A DNA stretch of 64,000 nucleotides, from contig NC_043004.1 of the NCBI RefSeq assembly GCF_006345805.1, positions 85,808,001-85,872,000 of the forward strand, in the 5' to 3' direction. Below, piece by piece: positions 53,790 through 64,000 of this stretch. The translations under genes and the position numbers were made by a program. The notes under the pieces are model-generated. The model ran no database searches and had not been told where the DNA came from. It saw only the letters and a list, made by a program, of their open reading frames with translations. Positions within the stretch are counted from its first letter, which is position 1. Every line of letters begins with the position of its first letter. The DNA comes from Octopus sinensis. Its lineage: Eukaryota.

Positions 53790-56700
53790 ACTTAGAATAA
53801 CTTAGAAAGGTTTTGGCCAGTATTGGCCCAGGCCATGTCTAACTTAATAGCACCACCTGGCGAAGTCTTTCCGTTCAGGATTTGGGCACCAAGGCCCATT
53901 CGAGCAGAGAGTTATTGTTTGCGGAGACATATCCGGGTGTGGGTGGTTTGTCCGGTACTGTTTGAAGAAATTTGTCCAAATACTTCTTGAATTTTGTGTG
54001 GTCAGTTTCATTTTTGACGTGTCCTGGTGTAATGTTGAAGACAGCGGGTCCAATTGAGGTGAAATAGTTGTATTGTCGTTATGTGATGCGATTTAGATTT
54101 TTGTTGTGGACGGATGGCACGTGGTCCAAGCCTTGGATGTATTTTGAAGGTAATGCCAACATCATTCGGACAGTGCTGATGGAATATTTTCCACGTCATA
54201 CAGATAATGTAGCGTTCACGGCGTCGTTGGAGTGAATATAATTTCAGCTTCTCTAGTCTACCCCAGTAGTCAAGGTCTGACATGCCATCTATCTTTTTTG
54301 TGATTGACCTTTGGGGAGCTTCAATTCTCATAATATTTTGTTTTGTGTAGGGAGACCACAGTGGACAGCAGTATTCAGGGTGGGGTCGGGCAAAAGTGGA
54401 GAAGAGAAGGATAATAGCGTGGGAATCTCTCGACTGGAAGGTTCTGAGAATCCAGGAACACATTCTGCGGGCCATGTCCACTTTGCTGCTTATATGTGTA
54501 TCCCAGCTTATGTTGTTGTCCACTGTTACTCCCAAGTCTCTGATGTTGTTGGATGCCATGAGAATTTCTCCAGATGGAAGGGAGTATGGGAGTTTCAGAG
54601 CGTCCTCCCTTCCAAAGTGGATCAGTTCGAATTTGTCTTCATTTAGCAACATGTTATTCTTTTCTGCTCATTGGACAACAGCCAGTAGGTCTGACTGAAG
54701 GCTTATTCGGTCTTCCACGCCATTGATGACCTCCTGGAGCTTGGAATCATCAGCGAAGGTTCTGATGTTACTGTGTTTGATGGGGTCAGTAATATCATTT
54801 ATGTAGATGATGAAGAGAAGTGGGCCCAACACAGTGCCTTGTGGGACACCACTGCTGACTTTGGCTGGGCTGGATTTGACTCCTTCGACTACAACATGTT
54901 GGGTTCTCTTAGACAGGAAGCACTTGATCCACTGCAGCAGCTTTCCAGTGACACCAATATTGGACAGCTTTCTCAGAAGGATCTTATGATCAACCCTGTC
55001 AAAGGCCTTGCTGAAATCAAGGTAGACGACATCAGTGTTGGAACCTTCTTCCAAGGCTCTCAAAATGTCATCAAAATGATGCAGTAGCTGCGTCAGGCAA
55101 TCTCTCCCATTACGGAATCCATGCTGGTTGGGGTTCAGCATATTATGACTCTCAAGGAAGTGAGTCATACGCGATCTCAGCACTCTCAAATACCTTGATG
55201 ATATGAGAGTGAGTGAGATTGGACGGTAATTCACGGCAAGCGATTTGTTTCTTTTTTGAAAACTGGGACAACAGACTGGGATAGAAGGTCTTCTGGTATA
55301 TATCCAGCATCCAGTGAGTTCCGCCACAGATTGGCTAGAGGGGGTGCAAGTTGGTTTTGACACATCTTCAAGACACAAGCAGGGAACTATCGGGACCTAC
55401 TGCTGAATTATGCTTCATTTCCTTTATTGCTGCTAAGACATCAGGAGCGCCAAATGTTATGTCCGATAAAGTGTACTGGGGAGTAACATCACTGATACAG
55501 CCCAGATCAGTCATATCAGGATGCTGAAAACAGAGCATATTGTTTCTGCAATATCTCTCCCATGGTTTTGGCATTGTCTTGAAGAGTACCATTTTCATCA
55601 ATCGAGGGCCAACAGTAGAACCAGTGACTCTGTGTTTTTTTGCAAATGAAAAGAACACTTTGGGATTGAGTTTGATCTTCTCAATGGCCCAGGCCTCTTC
55701 AGCTCTTCACTGACTATTGATGATAGAATCATGTTGTTTTGGAGTTTATGTTTTTAATCTCTAGCGACGAGATGGCAGTCAGGTGGTGTGTTGCTGTTGA
55801 CAGTATTTCAGCATGTTGATCTTTTTGTTAATTCTTTTAATTTCCTTATGAGAGATTTTCTATTTCTAGGGATTCGACACTAGATTTGTTTGCAGATCAT
55901 AATGGGGTGTGTCTTGCACATATGTTCGTGATGGTGTCTACAAGTGACTGCCAGGACTTTTTGATGTTAGGGGGTGTGTATGTGTGCGTGAAGGACCAAT
56001 CGACTTGTGCAGATCATTATTGATCGCTTCCCAGTTTGCATTGTGGAAATCCATAGTGTCAAATGGATGAACAGGAGGGATGACATTTGTTTTGCATTTT
56101 GGCCAGTGAAATCTCAGATCACAGAGAACCGTCATGGTCGGAGAGTAGGGTTTTCTCCATTGTAATATTGTGGATAGTATCAGTGTGATTGCTGAAAATT
56201 AAGTCTAAGACGTTTTTATGACATCTCGTTGGTTCGAGTACAGTTGGGACAGGAAGAAATCATCCATGAAGTCAAGAAGCGATTCCACTGCCTCCCTGTC
56301 AAGGGTTGAGAGAGAAGAACCTGGCGGCAGACTGTTTGTAGACCAGTCAACCCCGGGAAGGTTGAAGTCTCCCATCATTAAAATGTTGTCAGGTTGACAC
56401 TGCTGAATGAAACACTTATACTGTTGAGGCATTCTTCTTAAGCATGGTAGGGGCGTTTGGGGTGGTCTGTAGAGCCCAACTACTGTTAAGTTGTTGGTTT
56501 GACTGATACAGCGACTGCTTCGCAGTACCCATTGGAAAATATGTTCATGGCTTCTGTTGAGAATGAATCATGGACATAAATGGCAGTCCCACCCTTTCTT
56601 CTGCCAGCACGATCAGCACGAATGGCTTTGAAATTTTTAACTTTCACCTCGGCTTCCAAGTTTCAGTGAGGACGAAGAAAGGGATGTGGTTTGGATGGGC

Positions 56701-57649
56701 CTCGACCCAGTCCTCCAGGAATCTTATCTTCCATTTTTGTGTATTGGTGGAAGGGCTGATACCTTGGGCATTAAGCAGAAATGTTGAGGCGAGAGTGGAT
56801 GGTTTTAATTGTTTTGGTGATTTGTTTATTTGATTGCTTTTTAATGGCATGTGCAGTGGGGTAATAGTGGTGGATGGTGGTGGGTGATAGCTCGGATGTT
56901 TTTTTCCAGTTCTTTTGCTAGATTCGTTATAGCTAAAAAAGAGGAAGAAGAGGTGGTTTCCTGTCTAGGGAACTGTAGGTAACTGTGGTTGTGGTTATTT
57001 TTATATGAGTGGTTATCTTTAAATGTCCGACGAGTACCCGGGAGATGGGTAAAGGGGCAATCCCTGTGCAAACACAATCTGTCTCGCTGGGAATAGCGGC
57101 AGATTTGGGGATTCCTTGTTTGAGATATTGGTGGTTGTGGTGGTGTTGTATTATGGTGGTTGCTGTTGTAGTTTGTGGGGATAGAGCGTTTTGTTCCAGG
57201 TAAATGGGTGAATTTGCAGTCTCTATCAGTGCACAGTCTATGGCGAAGAGAATATCGGCAAATGATGGGGTTTCGAGTGGGTGTGTAGGTGCGTGTGTGT
57301 GTGTGTGAGTTGTGAAAGGTGTAGATGATAGTTTGAAGACGAAGCACCAATGCTCTCTGTTTCGGTAAGGCCATGCCATGTGTTGATAAGAACGTCGACT
57401 TCATTATCAGACCAGTTTTTGTTGGATTTTTGGTGGCTAGCCATTCTGGTTGATATGTTTTATTAAATTTTATTTTGTTCGTTTGTTTTGTTGATTACTT
57501 TTAATTATTTTTTTTTAAGGAGAAGTATGTAGAATTGATTGTACAGAATGTTTGCTGTAATACTGAGAAGTTTGTATTTGAATTATGGGCTGTAGTTATT
57601 TTATCTTTCTTTCTTTCCTTTTTTCCCTCTTCTTCTAATTTAGTTATCA
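53789..57649 (-). mobile_element. Near full-length CR1/L2-like LINE (ORF1 with CCCH fingers, APE endonuclease, RT), inactivated by frameshifts; 5' end runs into the N gap
   Basis: APE motifs LLNAQGI, LTETW, RADRAGRRKGGTAIYV, LYRPP, MGDFNLP; linker SAVGPD; RT motifs NYRPISLT, NQHGFR, YLDFSKAFDRVDH, GVPQGTVLGPLLF, TFADD; 3' tail (TTCTAAG-type) at 53789-53810. Confidence 0.95.
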
Positions 57650-57749
57650 NNNNNNNNNNNNNNNNNNNNNNNNNNNNNNNNNNNNNNNNNNNNNNNNNNN
57701 NNNNNNNNNNNNNNNNNNNNNNNNNNNNNNNNNNNNNNNNNNNNNNNNN
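57650..57749. other. Assembly gap (100 N)
   Basis: Run of exactly 100 N, a conventional unknown-size gap. Confidence 0.99.
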
Positions 57750-58303
57750 TAGTGGTGTTGGTGGTGGTGGTGGTGGTGGTGGTGGTGGTGGTAGTGTTTG
57801 TTGATAGCAATAGTTATTGTAGTACTTCTGATAGTGCTGGGGTTGGTCTATGTAGTTGTAGTAGTAGCAGCAGTAGTAGTAGTAGTAGTAGTAGCAACAG
57901 CAGCAGCAGCAGCAGTAGAAGAAATAGTAGCAGTAGTAATAGTGGTTGTTGTTATTGTTATGGTGATGGTGGGGTGACGGTTGTGGCAGTGATGGTGGCA
58001 ATTGTTTTTATTGTTCATAGTAGTAACGGGTAGCCGGTCGTTATTTTAGTAGCAGTAATAGTAGTAGTAGTAGTAGTAGTAGTGTAGTAGTAGTAATAAT
58101 AGTAGTAGTAGTTGTAGTAGCGGTAGTAGTTGTAGCTGTAGTAGTCGTAGCTGTAGTAGTTGTAGTAGTAGTAGTAGAGTAGTAGTAGTAGTTGTAGTAG
58201 CGGTAGTAGTTGTAGCTGTAGTAGTCGTAGCTGTAGTAGTTGTAGTAGTAGTAGTGTAGTAGTAGTAGTTGTAGTAGCGGTAGTAGTTGTAGCTGTAGTA
58301 GTT

Positions 58304-58339
<36 letters not shown>

Positions 58340-59093
58340 ACAGCAGCAGCAGTAGATGTTATTATGGTTGTGGTAGTAGTAGTAGTAGTAGTAGTTGTAG
58401 TAGTACAGGCCGTAGTATTGGGACACCGGTGGTTATTTCATCAGTAGTGGTAGTAACTAAATGTTGTTGTTGTTGTTGTCCTGCTTGTTGTGGTTGCTTA
58501 AGTGGTCGTGATGGCGGCGGAGGCGGCGGGTAGTTGTGATGATGATGATGATGATGATGCTGTTTGTTGTTTTTATTGGTATCAGCAGCAGCAGCAGCCA
58601 TAGTAAGTAGTAGTAGTAGTAGTCGTAGTAGTAGTATCGGGATGCCGGTGGTTGTTTTGTTTAGTAGTAGTAGTAGTACTAATAGTATATTTGTTTTGTT
58701 GTTCTTGCTGTTGCAGTGGTTGTTGTTGGTTGTGGTGGTGGCGGTGTTGGCGGTAGTGTTTGTGGGTGGTGGTGGTGGTGGTGCTGGTGGCGTTGGTGGG
58801 CGTGGTGGCTGATGCAGCAACTTGCAAGTGTCGGCTGGCAAGGTGAGGTGGCGAGGGGAGGGCGGAGATTTATTTATTTATTTATTTATTAGTTCTTTTA
58901 CTTTTTTTCTCCCTAATGGTGGGGGTCGGTGTGGGGTCGTGGGTGGGGTACTCGCTGCAGCTGATGATGATGATGGTGATGGTGATGATGATGATGATGA
59001 TGATGATGGTGATGATGATGGTGGTGATGATGATGGTGGTGGTGGTGGTGATGATGATGATGATGATGATGACTATGATGCTGATGATGGTGG

Positions 59094-59124
<31 letters not shown>

Positions 59125-59156
59125 GATGATGATGGTGGTGGTGGTGGTGATGGTGG

Positions 59157-59187
<31 letters not shown>

Positions 59188-59196
59188 GATTGGTGG

Positions 59197-59227
<31 letters not shown>

Positions 59228-59594
59228 GGTGGTCCTGGTGATGATGATGATGATGATGATGATAATGATGATGGTGATGGTGGTGGTGATGGTGGTGGTG
59301 GTGGTGGTGGTTCTGGTGATGGTGGGGGTGAAGCTGGTAGCAGTGATGATGATGATGATGATGACGATGATGATGATAATGATGGTGACGAGGATATTGA
59401 TGATTATGATGATGATGATCGTGATTGTCATCGCGATGACGATGACGATAATAATAATAATAATATAATAATAATAATAATGATGATGATGATGGTGGTG
59501 ATGATGATGATGATGTTGATGTTACTGTTGCCGCCGGCGTCGATGATGACTATGATGATGCTGATGATAATGATACTACTGCCGCTGCTGCTAC

Positions 59595-59626
<32 letters not shown>

Positions 59627-59787
59627 CTCCTGATGCAATGCCGCTACTGCCGCCGCCGTTGACGGCGACGACAACGCTGATGATGTCGATGATGATGGTG
59701 ATGATGTTCATGATGATGATGATTCTATTGCTCCAACCACTGCTGCTGCTGCTGCCGGTTCTGTAACTGCTGCTGCTGCTACAAGCC

Positions 59788-59835
<48 letters not shown>
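57750..59835. repeat. Trinucleotide mosaic (GGT/GTA/GAT/GCT)
   Basis: Seen directly; similar tracts occur at 24470-24990, 38480-39060 and 42820-43265. Confidence 0.93.
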
Positions 59836-59837
<2 letters not shown>

Positions 59838-60084
59838 CTTCTGCCGTGATATAAAACACAATATTTAAAAGCAAGTGCGTGGCTGGTTGGTGATTTGGTT
59901 GGTGGCGCTTATACGGTTTCTCCTTCGGTTACCGTCCAAAGACAAACCTTTTATTTATTTAGCCATTTTGGTCCTTGTTTACCGTTTACACTTTCATATA
60001 CACACCTTGCGCTTCACAAGTACATCCATATTACAAATATATCCTAACATACATACATACATACATACAAATATATTCTAACAA

Positions 60085-60117
<33 letters not shown>

Positions 60118-60518
60118 CATATATACATACTGATATTCAGTCATATAGTCATTCATATATTTATGTACATATATCGTGATGAGAGCGTTACAAAGATTTT
60201 CCATCACCATGACCATCACTGATAAACAAACCGGTCCTTAGTATAAAGTATAACATACAAACACTAATACATACATACATACATACATATACATACATAT
60301 ACATACATACATACATACATACATACATACATACATACATACATACATACATACATACATACATACATACGTACGTATTTAATTGCCCGTCTTATGAGAA
60401 TCGGTTTCGAATCATTAATTTGGATCCCAGAAAACACAGACACGAACATATATGAACGCACACACACACACACCTGCAAACACACGCGCGTGTAGAATCA
60501 CATACACAGATAATATAT

Positions 60519-60551
<33 letters not shown>

Positions 60552-60555
<4 letters not shown>

Positions 60556-60998
60556 CTTCATAGCTTAAGTTATACACATAATACATATTTACATCTATCT
60601 ATCTATATACATTCATATATCTATCTATATATATATATATATACCTACATATATATACACACATATATAAATGCACAAATATGTATATATACTCACACAT
60701 GCGTAATATACACACATAGGTATGTATACATATACATTCGCACGTGTTAATAAAATATAGCAAAATTAATACAAATCTATATATTTATGTGGTAAAGTTG
60801 GAAGACAAGAGTGGAGAGAGAGAACAGGAGAGGAAGGAGAGAGAGAGAGCGGGAGACAGAGCGAAAGAGATAAAGACAGTGAAAGAGAGAGAGAGAGAAA
60901 GAGAGATACAAATATAGAGAAAGATAAAGAGAGATACAGAGAGAGAGAGAGAGAGAGAAATATAGGGATAAATAGAGAGATACAGAGATAGAGCGAGA

Positions 60999-61040
<42 letters not shown>

Positions 61041-61487
61041 CAGAGAGTGAAAAATAGTTGTACATACGTTCTGAGCGACAGACAGACAGATAGACAGAGA
61101 GGAAAAATAAGCCGAGGGATTGATAGATCGGGAGACCGAATGGTGATGAGCAAGTAAAGAGATAGAGTACAGAGAGAGCGAGAGAAAGAGAGAAAGAGAG
61201 AGAGGAGAGAGGCTGAGAGATGTCTGTCTTGGCACATGTGTAACAAAACCACACACATACACACATACACATACACATACACGCAGTTATACATAGGCTA
61301 ACACTTCATAGTCGCATATTTTCGAAAATATTTGTACACGCGCGTGCATACAGGAAAAATGCACCAGAGATGTGCCGTGCAAATGCAGAGGATACTTGCA
61401 GACACACATGTGGCTTAATTTACAAAGACACACGCAAATATAGCAATACAATTCACATCGCACAAACCCATAAATACATACACACAA

Positions 61488-61520
<33 letters not shown>

Positions 61521-61586
61521 AATATAAAATATACATATATATAATATATAAAAAAGCACACACACACCACACACACATATAATATA

Positions 61587-61629
<43 letters not shown>

Positions 61630-61717
61630 TATATATATTATATAACTTCATAGCTTAAGTTATACACATAATACATATTTCATCTATCTATCTATATACT
61701 CATATCTATCATATACA

Positions 61718-61752
<35 letters not shown>

Positions 61753-62096
61753 ACATATATATACACACATATATAAATGCACAAATATGTATATATACTC
61801 ACACATGCGTAATATACACACATAGGTATGTATAACATATACATTCGCACGTGTTAATAAAATATAGCAAAATTAATACAAACTATATATTTTGTGGTAA
61901 AGTTGGAAGACAAGAGTGGAGAGAGAGAACAGGAGAGGAAGGAGAGAGAGAGAGCGGGAGACAGAGCGAAAGAGATAAAGACAGTGAAAGAGAGAGAGAG
62001 AGAAAGAGAGATACAAATATAGAGAAAGATAAAGAGAGATACAGAGAGAGAGAGAGAGAGAGAAATATAGGGATAAATAGAGAGATACAGAGATAG

Positions 62097-62185
<89 letters not shown>

Positions 62186-62630
62186 CAGAGAGTGAAAAAT
62201 AGTTGTACATACGTCTGAGCGACAGACAGACAGATAGACAGAGAGGAAAAATAAGCGAGGGATTGATAGATCGGGAGACCGAATGGTGATGAGCAAGTAA
62301 AGAGATAGAGTAACAGAGAGAGCGAGAGAAAGAGAGAAAGAGAGAGAGAGAGAGGCTGAGAGATGTCTGTCTTGGCACATGTGTAACAAAACACACACAT
62401 ACACACATACACATACACATACACGCAGTTATACATAGGCTAACACTTCATAGTCGCATATTTTCGAAAATATTTGTACACGCGCGTGCATACAGGAAAA
62501 ATGCACCAGAGATGTGCCGTGCAAATGCAGAGGATACTTGCAGACACACATGTGGCTTAATTTACAAAGACACACGCAAATATAGCAATACAATTCACAA
62601 TCGCACAAACCCATAAATACATACACACAA

Positions 62631-62663
<33 letters not shown>

Positions 62664-62695
62664 AATATAAAATATACATATATAATATATAAAAG

Positions 62696-62780
<85 letters not shown>
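60552..62780. repeat. Tandem duplication of about 1.1 kb (possible assembly artefact)
   Basis: ataacttcatagcttaagtt occurs at 60552 and 61642; the copies differ almost only by 1-bp indels and microsatellite lengths. Confidence 0.9.
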
Positions 62781-62781
<1 letters not shown>

Positions 62782-63188
62782 ACACGTTTTATAAAGGAGT
62801 AAGTCGCGCATACATATATATATATACACGAGCACAGGTCGATATTTTAAGCACACGCGAAATTTTGCACGCGTGATTATAACTATAGTACATATATATA
62901 CGTACATACATATATATATATATATTTATATATATATATAATATAATATATATATATACATACATACATACATACATACACATATATATATATACTAGCA
63001 AAACACAACAGTTCATTCACATTAAGTTGTAAGTATATAAGCGTACATACATACATACATACGTACGTACATACATTTTACGAAAGCAAAGATTAAACAG
63101 AAAGTTACACGTAGAACTCAGTGAAATATACACATTCACACTCTCTCACACACACACACACACGTGCATACGCATACACACACGTTTG

Positions 63189-63219
<31 letters not shown>

Positions 63220-63581
63220 TTTATATATATGCGATCTTCTATCTATCAGTGCATATGTATGTGTGTATGTGTAAACATACACACACGCACACATTGTACT
63301 TCGGACGACAATGCTGTCGACTTTACAAAACAAAAGGAATTATGGAATGCTTTACCTGTTCATGATCTGTTTCAAATGTTTCACACCTGCCTCAGTCCTC
63401 GGTAAGTTTGTATAATATAATATCTACATAAGTGTATATGTAAGCGTGTGTCTGTGTGTATATGAATATGTTTTCTGTGTGTGTGTGTATATATATATAC
63501 ATACATACATACATATATATATATATAATATATATATATATATACATGCGGGTGTGCGTTTCTCTGCGTGTGTGTGTATAT

Positions 63582-63614
<33 letters not shown>

Positions 63615-63769
63615 CATGCGTGTGTGTGTGTATGTATATGTGTGTGAGTGTAAGCACACATGTTTTTCAAATTTATCTTTTAAATGTGTGTTTTTTGTTA
63701 AAGGAAACTGTTACAATGCGTTAATGCAGCGTTATTGCCGTTTTGCCGGCATACCTTTGTATAGCGTTC

Positions 63770-63887
<118 letters not shown>

Positions 63888-64000
63888 TAGTTGTATACTG
63901 CTTTCATATTATATATAAGTATAAATATATATAAATACTTTTCTACTTGGTGGTTGTCTGAAGTATAACAGATAAATAGTTAGACGGATAGATAGATAGA

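Noticed and set aside
58362-58841. 159-aa low-complexity minus ORF with an upstream acceptor-like site
   Set aside because: Composition follows triplet mosaics, no donor was identified, and it sits near a gap in error-prone sequence.
63385-63412. Possible 6-nt microexon cctgcctcag|tcctcg|gtaagt on the + strand
   Set aside because: Such short matches arise by chance and there is no other support.

Overview
Non-coding, repeat-dominated eukaryotic DNA. The very high microsatellite load (TA, CA, GA, GATA, TACA, AAT, GAT, CTA, GGT) and the tRNA-derived SINE families resemble those I associate with octopus (coleoid cephalopod) genomes; the organism is inferred from repeat content only. No complete host gene is visible, and almost all ORFs in the track are microsatellite artefacts. 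Supported content: two CR1/L2-like LINEs (one about 3.9 kb with ORF1 CCCH fingers, APE endonuclease and RT); a young open-frame R4/Dong-type RLE retrotransposon plus a second fragment, both in (AAT)n arrays; Tx1 and RTE 3' fragments, one with three C2H2 fingers; two decayed mariners; Tc1/mariner MITEs; and many tRNA-SINEs. There are a few candidate minus-strand exons with strong splice sites, a 100-N gap, and a probable false 1.1 kb duplication. The most notable hand-found signals are about ten minimal type I hammerhead-ribozyme-like motifs of the Penelope type and a head-to-head fold-back of a SINE joining a tRNA-like Pol III head to a hammerhead-bearing tail. Several other fold-backs could form dsRNA. 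All alignments and foldings were done by eye; none was computed or database-checked.
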